64,000 bases of DNA from Diplonema japonicum (Eukaryota; Protista; Euglenozoa: Diplonemea): positions 310,001 to 374,000 of the forward strand of contig OZ025665.1 in NCBI GenBank assembly GCA_964019335.1, in the 5' to 3' direction. The position numbers were made by a program, and so were the translations under genes. Below are positions 42,632 through 54,156 of the stretch, piece by piece (the first letter of the stretch is position 1; each line of letters begins with the position of its first letter). The notes under the pieces are model-generated. The model was not told where the DNA came from. It did not search any database and saw only the letters and a program-made list of their open reading frames with translations.

Positions 42632-45600
42632 TCATTCAGCGGAACAAACATCGACTTTTCCATTACCATTTATATTGACAGGGCTGTCAGCTGAGTCCTC
42701 ATCCTTAACATCGTCATCGCCCTCAACGTTCTTCTGAACACTAAGCAAGGCCTTGTAAGGGCAGCGTGCCACCTGAGACGCGTGGCGGGATTCAATCAAG
42801 TGCTCTGCGTACTTCCAGGCCACGAGGTAGGCGACATTCGAAGCAATCGCAGCCGCGAAAAGAATCCAACAACCCTCCACAAGAACCGCCTTCACAGTAA
42901 AACAAGTATCGTCGACATCAGTCATGTAGCCCAACGGGTGCAGAATATTGGCCATCGCAGCGTTGATAGGAATACAACTGTTTCCGATTAGAAATCCGGC
43001 GAACTTTCCAATTTCCATCAACACGGCGATCAAAACTACGATGAACACCTCAAGGCAGCACCATGCTGCGATCACTTCGTTGGCAACAAAAAGCATCTTC
43101 TGCTCTTTCAAAGTCAACGGCAGCAACCACAACGACAACAATGCGAGAATCTGTGCGATGGGCAGCACAACAGTGAACAACATAAACCCGATAACTAGGT
43201 ACAGGTACTCTCCTAACAAATTTGTAAGCGGGGCCTGGCTCATGACACCATTGGCAAGCCCGATGATAGAATATTCGCTTTGTGATGTACCCGCGCCTTG
43301 TAGGTTTAACGCCCATGCAGCTAGGCCTTCAATTTCAAATGTGAAAATGTTGACAGACACACCAGCGATCAGAAGGGACAGCGACAGGACAAGAAGACCC
43401 ACCACACCTGCGCTCCTCCACCACATTTTGTTCTTGTCCTCGTCCTCGTCGCAGTGGAGGCACAGCTTCACACGTTCGTCTGAGAACTTAGCAGACGCAT
43501 CTTCGAACCAACCGCCGCTTTTCCCACCGCTTTCATCGTAGTCAATGCAGTGTCTGTTCGCCATGACCATGATGTGGTTGATGACCAACGCCATGATCGC
43601 GGCGGTCATGAACCCGAACAACCCCCAGTATGGTGTCACAACCACGTCCAACACGAAAAATTTCGGCGGGAGGTACTGCTGATCGGGGGGGAGCAGGATG
43701 TGCATTCTGAAGGCGACCATCATCATGACCACCATGAAGGAGTCGATCAACGACCATTTCCCTAAAAAGTCGACCGCCTGCAAAATCTTCCCCCTCGTCG
43801 CCGGCGACACCACACACGGGGGAACGCACCACGCCCAGATCAAAATGGCCATTTTGGTGTACGGCCACATCCCACTAAACACTAGCACGATGATACTAAG
43901 CGGGTACACCGCTCCGTTCCACATGTCACGAATTGTGTTTGCAAGGGCATATGTGAACAAATTGTTGATTTTGATAAGGGAACCAGCTAGCCATAAACGA
44001 GCGCGGACGACAGCACCAACACCCTGCGGTGGGGTGTTCGATGTGAGGAACAGCGCGACGGTTCCGAACAAAATGAACACGACGCCCCAACGGAACCACG
44101 CAGGCAGCGCAGGGTGCAGGACGAGCGGGTAGTGCTCAGGCTTCGACATCAGAATAACACCCTCCTCCACAAATATCTCCTTCTTACGCTTGTAGTACAG
44201 AATCGGCGTCCCCACCATAAGGATCAAGAAAATCCCACCGGAAAAGAGAAAAATGGTCAAGTACGCTTTCGTGTTGGTCATAACACCACCTGTATCTTCA
44301 TGGTGGTCCACTGGTGCGGGTGTGATATTGTCGTCGCACTCAATCCGTGCTGTTACGAGCTTCTTCGCAATATAGTCCTTGGTGACGTTGTTTGTCAGAA
44401 TGTGGTTGATCTGATCGAGGAGCCATTGAACACCCTCGTTCATTTGCTGCACACCGGTTGGGTTGTGCAAAGTTTGCTCCGCCTCGGGATATTGGTTCGA
44501 CTGGCAATCATTGCAGCTCAAACCCACCCCGAAATTCTTAATCTTCGCAAGCGTGTAAGGCGACCCCAAGTAGTCGAACATAGCGGTGATGCACCCCGCG
44601 ATGGAGAAGTCTTTAATAGGTTTGGAAAGAAGCCTTTCGGGCTGTATGACAATGTCGAGGACATCTTGGAATATAAACGAATCAGCACTGAACGCCAGCG
44701 TGAAATTGTCATAAAAGTCTGTCTGATCAGCACCAGTGATCTTATAGTAGATCACCATACTGATATTCATGTTCTCGACTTCGATGTAATTGTCAAGCTT
44801 TGACGTCTCGTTAGGTATGAGCAGCTGCATGTCGGTGACCACAGGGTGCCCCACATAGTGCATGTTATTAACATCAAGCGTTATGTTCCCAACGTACTTC
44901 GGAGCGTGGATGGCGATGTGCTTGTCGAGGTGGAATTGGCTGAAAATAGCATGAAACCAACCATTGATGCCCCATGATCCCGTGGTGCCGACAACGTCGT
45001 TCACAAGAATGTCAATTGCCTTGATGAGTTTTGATGATGAATAGTTGAACGACGACACAGGCGGTGAAGTATGAGAAGTATCAGCGCATGGGTTCGGACC
45101 TTCGATGTGAGGGTAAACATGCATAGCGTCGTTGATGACCGGGAGCGTCTCGTTGAGAACACCATGAATCAGCGCGTTCATACTGTTCGGGAGGAAATCC
45201 ATGAAAATCTTGAACAAATTGTCCGCATCTCGCGACACATCCTCCGAGATAAGGTTTGTGTTCAAATCGTAATTGTACAGGTTGACGTTGAGTGTCGACA
45301 CGTTACTTCCGTGGATCGGGTACTGCCCCCAGCATTCGATGGTTTGATTGCTCACCCACTGCATCAAATCGTCGAAGGCCATCACTGCCGGCGGGTCGAA
45401 AAGCGACCCCAACGGGAGCTCACCGTACATGGTACCGTTCGCAGCCACCATAAACGAAATGTTTAAGTCCATCACTACATTCTCCAACGTTGCATTAACC
45501 TCCTGGTTGAACACATAGGTGTGGTCCACATTGTTCAAGGTAACGTTAGAAAGGACGTCGATGGAGGCGTTGGAGATCGTCATCGAGAGCATCATGGAAT

Positions 45601-46486
45601 GCTTCTCGACAGGGATTAAGATCAGCGACGAGATGTTCACGTTCCGAAGAATAAACTCCTGCAATGTCACAATGTTCCCGCTCTTGTTGATCAACGTTAT
45701 GTTTGTTTTCAACGGTGCTACGGTGTAGTATGACACCGCCTGCCCCAACGCAGTGTTGCCGGTTGCATCAACCGCCCCGTAGATATCGTTCACAATGAAT
45801 TGAACAGCTTTGAACGCAGTGTTATTTTTGAACTCGATGAAGTCGGGGGACGTAAACGGTTCTTCAAGGGTGGTGGCGACCTCCCACGGGTTGGGCACAA
45901 CGTGCGACGTTGCATTCTTCGCCAACTTCGCCATCATCGATGTGAGGTCCGTGGATATGGAATTCATGATTTCCGTTTTATGATCGTTGACGTACTTCAA
46001 ACCAGTTTTCACGAGATCATCGCATATTTTTCCCACAGGGAGGATCCCCCACGTAACATGACACTCGAAGCTACCAGCATTAATTTCCAGATCAAGCATT
46101 TCAGCTTGTATAGCATCACCTTGTTTAATGGTTTCGTTGGGGTTTGATAGGTTGAAGCTTGCTACGAGTGGTCCGGCGTTGGGGAATGTAATCCCGAGCC
46201 TGGCCTCGAATAATTCACGGACGTCGAGATGCAGTTTGAACGCGATGCTGGTGTTTAGGAAAACTAGTCCGCTCCTGTCGTCCGGTGCAAGGCTCTGGGA
46301 AATGTTCAGGTCGTTGAGCTCCAGTTCGCTCAACTCAATGTGTGTCAACTTGGTTTTGCCGATTGTCATGTCTGGGATCTTGATCACCAACCCCTGCAGC
46401 AGCTTGTTTATAACACCCTGGCCCCCCGCCTCCTTCCCCGTCGTGATGCATGCGGCCACCGCCACCAACAACAAAATTGCCCTCAT
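42632..46486 (-). CDS. Large membrane glycoprotein with signal peptide and C-terminal PqiA-like multi-TM region
   Basis: MRAILLLVAVAAC signal; FSGMWPYTK, DFLGKWSLID motifs; many N-x-S/T sites. Confidence 0.8.
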   Translation of the reverse strand: MRAILLLVAVAACITTGKEAGGQGVINKLLQGLVIKIPDMTIGKTKLTHIELSELELNDLNISQSLAPDDRSGLVFLNTSIAFKLHLDVRELFEARLGITFPNAGPLVASFNLSNPNETIKQGDAIQAEMLDLEINAGSFECHVTWGILPVGKICDDLVKTGLKYVNDHKTEIMNSISTDLTSMMAKLAKNATSHVVPNPWEVATTLEEPFTSPDFIEFKNNTAFKAVQFIVNDIYGAVDATGNTALGQAVSYYTVAPLKTNITLINKSGNIVTLQEFILRNVNISSLILIPVEKHSMMLSMTISNASIDVLSNVTLNNVDHTYVFNQEVNATLENVVMDLNISFMVAANGTMYGELPLGSLFDPPAVMAFDDLMQWVSNQTIECWGQYPIHGSNVSTLNVNLYNYDLNTNLISEDVSRDADNLFKIFMDFLPNSMNALIHGVLNETLPVINDAMHVYPHIEGPNPCADTSHTSPPVSSFNYSSSKLIKAIDILVNDVVGTTGSWGINGWFHAIFSQFHLDKHIAIHAPKYVGNITLDVNNMHYVGHPVVTDMQLLIPNETSKLDNYIEVENMNISMVIYYKITGADQTDFYDNFTLAFSADSFIFQDVLDIVIQPERLLSKPIKDFSIAGCITAMFDYLGSPYTLAKIKNFGVGLSCNDCQSNQYPEAEQTLHNPTGVQQMNEGVQWLLDQINHILTNNVTKDYIAKKLVTARIECDDNITPAPVDHHEDTGGVMTNTKAYLTIFLFSGGIFLILMVGTPILYYKRKKEIFVEEGVILMSKPEHYPLVLHPALPAWFRWGVVFILFGTVALFLTSNTPPQGVGAVVRARLWLAGSLIKINNLFTYALANTIRDMWNGAVYPLSIIVLVFSGMWPYTKMAILIWAWCVPPCVVSPATRGKILQAVDFLGKWSLIDSFMVVMMMVAFRMHILLPPDQQYLPPKFFVLDVVVTPYWGLFGFMTAAIMALVINHIMVMANRHCIDYDESGGKSGGWFEDASAKFSDERVKLCLHCDEDEDKNKMWWRSAGVVGLLVLSLSLLIAGVSVNIFTFEIEGLAAWALNLQGAGTSQSEYSIIGLANGVMSQAPLTNLLGEYLYLVIGFMLFTVVLPIAQILALLSLWLLPLTLKEQKMLFVANEVIAAWCCLEVFIVVLIAVLMEIGKFAGFLIGNSCIPINAAMANILHPLGYMTDVDDTCFTVKAVLVEGCWILFAAAIASNVAYLVAWKYAEHLIESRHASQVARCPYKALLSVQKNVEGDDDVKDEDSADSPVNINGNGKVDVCSAE

Positions 46487-46777
46487 TTTTATTTTATTTT
46501 CTCTATTTCTTTTCTTTCCCCTTTCTTTTCTTCTCCCCTTTCCTCCTTTTTTGTTTTTGTTCGAAGGGAAGGGGGGGAGAAGAGAAATAACAATGGGAGG
46601 GGGGGGGGGGGGAGAAGGAAGCTCTAGCACTGTTTTTTTTGTTTACTGACAAGAACTGTTTGTATGTCTCCCCCCCCCCCGGTTCTCTTTTTCATACAAA
46701 AAGGGGAGGGCGAGGTACAACAAAGAGAGAGAGAAAAAAAACAAGAAAAACTCTATTTATTCGACAGTATCTAACGT

Positions 46778-47947
46778 TCAAAACCCCCAGATACCAGGAG
46801 ACTGGTTTTGGTTCTGGGGTGTGGGGGGCGGGCGGGTGACACTCCGAGGTGGAGGATTGCGCGGGACAGACGACCCCAAAGAGTAAGGAGAAGAGGCCTG
46901 CGGGGGCCCCTTCTGCAACGAGGTGTTGTAGATGCTACGCTCTGGGTAAGCCGCCTCGGGCTTCGCCGCGACTGCAGGCTGTTCCTCAGCCTGCGTAACA
47001 GGCGTCAGCCACATAGGAGGAGGCCCCGCAGGAGGCTTCGGTTCCGACATATCATTCCACATCCCACTTCCTGAAGTGCTTCCTGCCCCCAAAGGTGCCC
47101 CAACACTGGACACGGCCGTTAAAGCAGTCCCCCTCCCAACTCCGGTACTCATGTTGGTCGTCAGCCTGCTCATTTCTTGTTTTAAACCGGTGATCTCGTT
47201 TTTCAGGACCACCTCGGACATTTCAGCGCCCTTCATTCTGCTCTGTACCTCGCCTTCCAACTCACGGATCCTAGTGCGCAGCTCTTCGTTCACATCAGCC
47301 TCCCTCATCATGTCAGGACTTGCTGAGCGTAACAAATGGCTTTGCTGGCTGACATGGTCAACTACAGGCGGAGGCGGCGGCAATGGTTGCTGAGGGTGAA
47401 TGACGTGAGCGGGTTCGGCAACCTGTCGGTGAAGATGCCCCATGCTGCCCATACTGCCCACGCTGCCCGTGTAGACCGTGCATTTCACCGATCGCTGCTG
47501 TTGTTGTTGTGCTTCCTTAAGCTGAAGGAGGATCATCTTGTTCCCGGGGGCATTCGGGCTGTACAGAGCTCCAATAGTCCGTATGAAGTCGAGCATGCTG
47601 CTGCCTTGGCATAAAACGTCGAATTCAGTGAAGGGGCCGAGCAGGGAACGCATTTCTTCTCTGGGCAAGGAGACTTCCTCGATCTTGCTCACCATCACGC
47701 ACCTGGTCACGCCCAAGTGGATGTCCGAAGAATAGTCATGCAAGTCGACGATGGCGAAGGTGCGCTTCTGCCTGTGGACGTTGTCGATGCGCTGCGCGAC
47801 AGCTTCCACCGTTTGAAAGAAATGCAATACTGCACCATTGTGCTGACTGCTTGTTAAATAACTCACCTTTACTGAATCCTTAAGCTCTGAAGGCATGTCG
47901 ATGGGCCCACCACCACCTAGAGGCAACGTAATGTCGCCCACTGCCAT
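46778..47947 (-). CDS. Hypothetical protein (PH-like N-terminus, coiled coil)
   Basis: About 390-aa ORF from MAVGDIT; exact ends may be altered by small introns. Confidence 0.65.
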   Translation of the reverse strand: MAVGDITLPLGGGGPIDMPSELKDSVKVSYLTSSQHNGAVLHFFQTVEAVAQRIDNVHRQKRTFAIVDLHDYSSDIHLGVTRCVMVSKIEEVSLPREEMRSLLGPFTEFDVLCQGSSMLDFIRTIGALYSPNAPGNKMILLQLKEAQQQQQRSVKCTVYTGSVGSMGSMGHLHRQVAEPAHVIHPQQPLPPPPPVVDHVSQQSHLLRSASPDMMREADVNEELRTRIRELEGEVQSRMKGAEMSEVVLKNEITGLKQEMSRLTTNMSTGVGRGTALTAVSSVGAPLGAGSTSGSGMWNDMSEPKPPAGPPPMWLTPVTQAEEQPAVAAKPEAAYPERSIYNTSLQKGPPQASSPYSLGSSVPRNPPPRSVTRPPPTPQNQNQSPGIWGF

Positions 47948-48618
47948 CCCTGTGTGAGGTTGTAAAATGGAAGTGAGGGGGGGGGTGGGGGGAAAATAAT
48001 TGTAGGTCCCCATTTTTTTTGTTGTACAAAGATCCTTTCCCGTTTTTTTTTTTTATAAAAAAAACCCCCAATTTTTTTTTTTCCATCCTGTTAACAAAGA
48101 AAAGAGGGGATGGGAAGAAAAAAAAGGGGGGCGGGGGCTGTTTTTATTTAATCGGTGTCACTTTTTCTTTTTTGTTCTTTCTTTTTTTTTTCTTTCTTCT
48201 CTCTTTCCCCCCGTTTGAAGTGGACATAATAGCTCTTTATTTTATTCTTTCTCGTTTCTTTTTTTCTTCTTCTAGAAAGGTGGGGGGGGGGGGGGGGTGG
48301 AGTGCCCCCCTTTTTTTTTAAAATTCCCTTTACTTTCTGTAACACAAAATAGAAAGAACAAGATGGGAAGAAAAGAAAAAAAAAAACATTCGTCACACGC
48401 TGTCACTCAAAAAGAATTCCACCCAATTGGGTGCGGGAAAAAAAAAAGAAAACAAATAATGAAACACAAGGAGAGGCAGTGAGAGATAAAAAAAATGCGA
48501 GTTGAGCGCGCAAGAAGGCCCATATTACACGTGGTTGTATTTAAGAGTAAATCCCATTTGAGGACCACCCAAAAAAAAAGGGGGGGGGGGATGGTAGTAG
48601 TTTTATATATGTTTTTAT

Positions 48619-48652
<34 letters not shown>

Positions 48653-48760
48653 AAAACTGGAAAAATCGCAACACGAGTGGGGGGTTTTAATTCTTCTGTT
48701 TCTTCTTTTCTTTTTCTCGGCAGTATTTTTTTTTCCTCTTTTTTTTTTTCATGTATGCTT

Positions 48761-50870
48761 TCATTTGTGGTTCTCAAGAAGCCACTTCATCTCGTCCACC
48801 GCTCCCCACACTGCATCGGTGTACTCCCTGTGTTATTTTTTTTTTCTCTTTTTCCCCTCCACCGTTTTACCTGCAGTTCCTTGTGTAGCTAGTAACGCCG
48901 AGGAAGAGGAGAGAAGGTGTCGGCGAGTACCCAACACCAAGCCCCTCGGGATGGACAGGAGCAAAACCTCCCAAGCAGAGACAGTCATTGTAAAGCGTGC
49001 TTGTCGAAATAATGTTCTCATTAAGCACCTCGTACCTGAAAAAAAATCTTTTTCAAAAAAAAAAAAAAACATACCCCCTGTCAGAGAAGACCTCCGGTAC
49101 AGGCATGTTGCTCTTCTCAGCGATCTTCTTCAAAGCGAAGAGGTGCCTGTCGGTGCCCTCACCAGAGAGCGCAGCCTTCGTCAAAGCGTGGTGCTTCTTC
49201 ATGGCTGTCTGGAGCAGCTCGTGTCGTTTGCTAGCGATGGTCGCGTCGTTCAGCATTCCATCGCAAAACATCTTCGATTCCCACGAGGCAGCCCTGATGG
49301 CCTCTGTGCGTCCGTGCCTGTTGTGTTTTGAGTAAAGTAGAAAGTTCAGAACATACTTGAAAGCAGATGTCGAAGCTGACTCGTACGTGGACCTGGTCTC
49401 GTTGAAGAGCCTTCTGAAACCAAGCTGGAAGGCCTGCTGCATGAACCCGTCGGGCGACACGCCAAGCTTCTTCAAGCCCTTCTTCCCCAGGTCGGGGTAC
49501 ACAGACACGTCGTAGTCCATCCTGTCAACCTCGTGCTGGAAGGAAGCCACAGCGCTTTTAATCCCATTCTTCACCTTGTCACTCAAAGCGAAGTTTAGTT
49601 GCTGCGGTTTCTCCGTCGCCTGTTCCGGTTTTGGGAGGGAGCGCGATTCCGCTGCTGTGTGGAAGACGTCGTTGGCCCACCTCATGACGGCAACACCGTC
49701 GCCCCATGAGTGCTCGAAGTTGCAGCTGATGTACCCGTTCTTTGAGACAAGGAGCGAGAAGGATTTGTCCCACCACCTGTTGCCCTTCTGCGGGCTGCCG
49801 TGCAAGAACTGCCTCCCCATGCTCGTCACTGCTTCGGAGCTCGAGAAGTCGGCGTTCTCATCATCAAAGCACACGACGAAGGCAGCAGAGTCGATCTTCT
49901 CCAGCATCGCCTTGTTGTTCGCTTCCAGCTCGATCTCCTCTCTCATCTGCGACCACACCGTCCTGTCAACCGCGGTGAGCGAACCGATAGGGTGCTCCGC
50001 CTGTTCGATGGGGGTGTCGAACAGCAAGGTCGTGAGCCTCGCGGTGATCTGGTCCACGGAAAGCGGTTCGCCGTTCTTTGCAACGTTGACGACGAAAGGG
50101 TGCCCCTTGTAGAGCACAACGATGTGGTCTGATTTTTGTGCTGTCTTGAGGTTGTCCTTCAGGTAGCCGGGGACACGGGTTGTGTTGAACATGGAGGGGA
50201 ACTGCGACATGTCGAGAGGGTACCCCTTGGCGGCAATCGAAACATATGTAGCCATGAACTGCGGGGCGAGGGACACCAGCTTCTGGAACCATGGAGCTTT
50301 GCTGACCTTGGGGTTGAGGTGGAAGACCTCAGGTGCAAGGGTGCCCTGCTCGAGGCAGGCACGCCACTTGAGCGAGGCGTTGATGAAGGTAGCGGTCCTG
50401 AAGGCTTGGGTGTTGCGCTCCTCGACAGGGTCCTTTCTGAAAACGAGGAAAGGGTTCCAGTTGAGAGGGAGAGGCGAACGCGCAGAGAGGTACATGTCAA
50501 ACCAGTCAGCAGAGAGGTACGACGTGTGCTTGTTCATCTTGTCCTTCGCCAACAGCATCGCATGGAGGTCCTTGCCCTCCTTTGCCTCGAACTCCTTCAC
50601 CATCTTCGTCGTCTGCTGAAGTTCCGCGTCCGAGAGGAGCGACTTCACGCTCTGCAAATAGTTCTTGCACGTAGTCTCCAGCTTAGGGATCGGCATCCTC
50701 AAAAGCGACTTCTGAAAGTGAAGTGTGGGGACAATACTTTCGTCAAGGGTTCCCATTTCGATTTTAGGCGGCGCAGTCTCAACTTTCAGCGTCGCAGCAA
50801 GCTCATCGGGTGTGAGGCGGGAGGCCGCCCGCGTGCCCTGCTTCACCACATTGCTATGGATGCGCCTCAT
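48761..50870 (-). CDS. CPT2: Carnitine O-palmitoyltransferase 2-like (mitochondrial); introns 49318-49356, 49036-49074, 48828-48870
   Basis: PTLHFQKSLLRMPIPKLE, NRWWDKSF, EHSWGDGVAV, TYESASTSAFKHGRTE after splicing, DRHLFAL, STSTL, GGFAPV. Confidence 0.92.
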
Positions 50871-50998
50871 TTTGTTTTCCTACATGATTGTATTGTATTG
50901 CATGGTGGATTAGAATAAGAAGAAAGAAGTCACGAAGACGGATACTGAGTCACGACACGGGGTGTGGGTAAATGAAAAGGGTGTATGCATCCCTTTGA

Positions 50999-52330
50999 CT
51001 AACTGATATCTAACAGCTGTGCGAACGCATCTTGAGCAGCTCTGCAGTTCCCCCCATGTGCTGGGTTGCCCCATGCCAGCACCTCTCCAGTGCGCTTCAC
51101 GGCGGCAAAAGCTTTATTGTTTGCGGCTATGCTTGCAACCCCTCTAGTTAAAGAGGTTCTGCACTCCACACCTGGTTCGCCACCAAAGTGCTTCGATCCC
51201 CAGCACGCCACTTGCCCGTCGCCCATCAGCACGGCGAAAGCACCATAAGTGCTCACCACGTTCACGACACCTTGGATCACAGGCGCCAGAAACTGCGGGA
51301 TGGTCCCTCCCTTGTCAGTTCTTCCCCACGCTGCAACGAGGCCCCCTTCCTTTAGAGCACAGAAGGCCGCGTGCGACGAGTACACCTTCACGATGGACGA
51401 CGACAGGAAAGCGGCAGCACCAGGGTCAGGACGCCCCCCATAGTCTGGCGACCCCCACACGGTAACCTTTCCGCATGCATGCCTTGCCGCCACAGCCCCA
51501 TATGTGGTCGTGAGGTCTACCACGTCTGTCAGCACGGCCCGAAGCTGCTGGTCCAAGGCACAGCCCATCCCCCACACGACCACCCTGCTGGCAGCTGTTA
51601 TGGCTGCGAAGCCGCTCCCAAAGCCCACCACTTTTTTGATGCCTCGCAACGCTTCCTGCACGGAGCTAGAGTCACCGCCGAAGAGGGGGTTCCCGCAAGT
51701 GAAGACAGTGCCGTCACTGAGCAGAGCAGCAGCGGTGGTGCACGAGCCGTGAGTGACGGCGACATCAACGATGGGCTTTGTGATGGTGGTGAAGGGCAGG
51801 AGAGAGGGTGTCGTGGGCCACAAAAGAAGGCTGCCGTCGGACTTGACGAGCAGGGCGCCCGTTTGGAGGTTGAAGGTGCGGACCACCTCTGAAGCGTCGT
51901 GCAGCTGCACCTCGTGGTCGCCCTCTGTGATGAGGACGTGCAAGTTAGTTTTTACAACGATGAGAGAGTGCTGCGACAGCACTGGGTACTTAACGTTGTA
52001 TAGCTTGATATTGTGCTTGCCCCAGCTCACTAGGTTATTGTTGTGCACTGCCACAAAGGTCTCAGCACCGCCATACAGACTTATATCGAAGGCATGCGTC
52101 ACGAGCACCACTTCCGTCTCGCTCCCAACTCCTGACTGACACAGCTGCCCTTCCATCTCTTGGCCGTCACACAGCAGCATCTGATCCTTGGCCTTGCAAC
52201 CGACGATACCTTCGATGTACTGCTTCACGTCGTACACGCTCCAATCCCACTCTACCTCAACGGGCTCGATGTGGCCTGTCGCGGCCACCTTTACATACAG
52301 GGTCATCCCCATCCTCCTACCTGTTAGCAT
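50999..52330 (-). CDS. Ubiquitin-like domain + RCC1/BLIP-II repeat protein
   Basis: MTLYVK...SVYDVKQYI ubiquitin-like N-terminus; repeated AFAA..G.V.WG...GG. Confidence 0.85.
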   Translation of the reverse strand: MLTGRRMGMTLYVKVAATGHIEPVEVEWDWSVYDVKQYIEGIVGCKAKDQMLLCDGQEMEGQLCQSGVGSETEVVLVTHAFDISLYGGAETFVAVHNNNLVSWGKHNIKLYNVKYPVLSQHSLIVVKTNLHVLITEGDHEVQLHDASEVVRTFNLQTGALLVKSDGSLLLWPTTPSLLPFTTITKPIVDVAVTHGSCTTAAALLSDGTVFTCGNPLFGGDSSSVQEALRGIKKVVGFGSGFAAITAASRVVVWGMGCALDQQLRAVLTDVVDLTTTYGAVAARHACGKVTVWGSPDYGGRPDPGAAAFLSSSIVKVYSSHAAFCALKEGGLVAAWGRTDKGGTIPQFLAPVIQGVVNVVSTYGAFAVLMGDGQVACWGSKHFGGEPGVECRTSLTRGVASIAANNKAFAAVKRTGEVLAWGNPAHGGNCRAAQDAFAQLLDIS

Positions 52331-52465
52331 GGGTTATTAGAAACACTGGAAAACAATCACTATGAAGGAGAGAAGTAGTTAGCAACAACCCAACAAAAAA
52401 AGAGATGCGGGCGTCCCGCCCTTTACACAGCACCTCAACAACAGTATCTAATAAATTACAGGATA

Positions 52466-53614
52466 TCAGAGAACTTTGCAGACTACGTCTGCGTCACCTG
52501 AGGAGACATCAAGAGAGGTACCTACTAACACGCGCACCTCGTGTTCCGTGGGTTTGAATATATAACAAGACTTAAAACAAGGCTCAGAGGACACCATCAA
52601 GTGCTGAGACAGCTGCGTGCAATAAGGGATGGAAAGCGTGTGGTAATAACTAGTGAGGTCAGACGCGACAACGGGGGCGATGCGACAAGAAGGTATGGAG
52701 GGGGGGAAGTTAGCGATGAGGGAGTACACTGCAGAAGGCGTAGCGGGCTGCTGCGGTTTAAAAAGGACATGCGAATTATAATTACCTGCCATCTGCCTGG
52801 TATAAAAGGGAGACACACCCCGCAAGTCATATGCCACACTCCTGCGGTGCGCAGTATGACCTGCACGACACAGCCACCAGCTCACCACACGGGCTGCAAA
52901 AGAGCACTTCTCCGCATCAGAGGGATCGTCTTCTGTAGTTTGGTACTCAGTTGGGCAGCCGCCCCTGAAGATCAACCTTTTCATCCATGTAGGAAGGTAC
53001 ACGTGCCACGGGAGCCTTTCTGAACTCTCGTCCTTGCTTATCCTCTCGGGTGTGAGGGGGACAATGGGGTGCCCGCGGCCAAGCATGTTCATGATGGAGT
53101 AAAAAGTGTAGCTGTCGGCCACCACGCGTGAAAGAGACACCATGAGGGCATAGCCTCCCTCTGTCTCCCATGCGTATAGGTTGAACAGGTTATGTGTTGT
53201 CTCTTGCTGCTGGCTGAGAAGGTCCTCCAGACGCGGGCGGAGATCGTTGAAAGGGAGATCGTGAAGGTCCCCCCCCTCCAGGATAGTCAGGAACCCATGG
53301 TCGTAGGACTCATGTTGTAGAGATGAGGCCCATACTAGCTCACGTCCTACGATCTTGCCGCTCAGCCAGGGGTTCTCAGCCACGATGCCTAGCACCCTCT
53401 CTTGAAGGTACTCCTTCGGGATGGTGCATCCTCCTTCGCTTGAAAAATATACCACCATGCCCCAATACTCGCCGTGGTACACCCTGTCGCTCTTTAACAG
53501 TTTCGTGCTGCAGTCGTACCTCTCATGCATCTGCCTGCTCACATAACGCGTGTAGCACTGGTGCCCGACTGCTGCGGCACCGGAAAAAGCGACAGTCCCG
53601 ACTATGAATCGCAT
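52466..53614 (-). CDS. CoA-dependent acyltransferase-like protein (HxxxD motif degenerate)
   Basis: NPWLSGK, VSLSRVVADSYTFY (cf. SHxxxDG), AGNY. Confidence 0.6.
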   Translation of the reverse strand: MRFIVGTVAFSGAAAVGHQCYTRYVSRQMHERYDCSTKLLKSDRVYHGEYWGMVVYFSSEGGCTIPKEYLQERVLGIVAENPWLSGKIVGRELVWASSLQHESYDHGFLTILEGGDLHDLPFNDLRPRLEDLLSQQQETTHNLFNLYAWETEGGYALMVSLSRVVADSYTFYSIMNMLGRGHPIVPLTPERISKDESSERLPWHVYLPTWMKRLIFRGGCPTEYQTTEDDPSDAEKCSFAARVVSWWLCRAGHTAHRRSVAYDLRGVSPFYTRQMAGNYNSHVLFKPQQPATPSAVYSLIANFPPSIPSCRIAPVVASDLTSYYHTLSIPYCTQLSQHLMVSSEPCFKSCYIFKPTEHEVRVLVGTSLDVSSGDADVVCKVL

Positions 53615-53730
53615 TCCCTCCCTTCCCCCCCTTTTCCTGCAATTTTCTTTTCTTTTCCACACAAAATAATCAAAAATTTCTTTTAAAAAAAAGGTACAAT
53701 TTCATACAATTCCCCCCCCCCCCCCCCCCC

Positions 53731-54156
53731 TCAAAACTTGTTAACATATGTTTCAAGGTGTTGAAGTTGGAGGCTAAAGCGAGCAAATGGGGATGGTGGA
53801 TTTCGGGGGGGTATCAACCGGTGGGGTGTTTGAGGGGCTCGTGGTGTGTACGGTGTGACCAACGGGTGGGGGTAGGTCTCACGGCCAAGAGAGGGCAGCA
53901 AGTGAGAGATGGCTTGGTGCAGGCTAGGGTAGTTCTCAAAGCCAGGAGGGAGCGAGAAGTACCCGTGGCGAAGGAAATTCAACAGATGGATGAACACTGT
54001 TCCGTCAGAATCGATAAAGACTCTCCCTTCAGGGTCCCAGACACAGCTGGCCCTGCCTTCCATGATGTCCCGAAGGACTCCTGCGTGGGAACAGAGCGTC
54101 GCTATGGTAGTGTCGTAGTGTGCACCACCCACATTCAGCTGTACAACTTTTTCCAT
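53731..54156 (-). CDS. BTB/POZ (KCTD-type) protein
   Basis: VQLNVGG.HY.TT..TL, FIDSDG..F.HLLNFLR.G. Confidence 0.9.
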   Translation of the reverse strand: MEKVVQLNVGGAHYDTTIATLCSHAGVLRDIMEGRASCVWDPEGRVFIDSDGTVFIHLLNFLRHGYFSLPPGFENYPSLHQAISHLLPSLGRETYPHPLVTPYTPRAPQTPHRLIPPRNPPSPFARFSLQLQHLETYVNKF

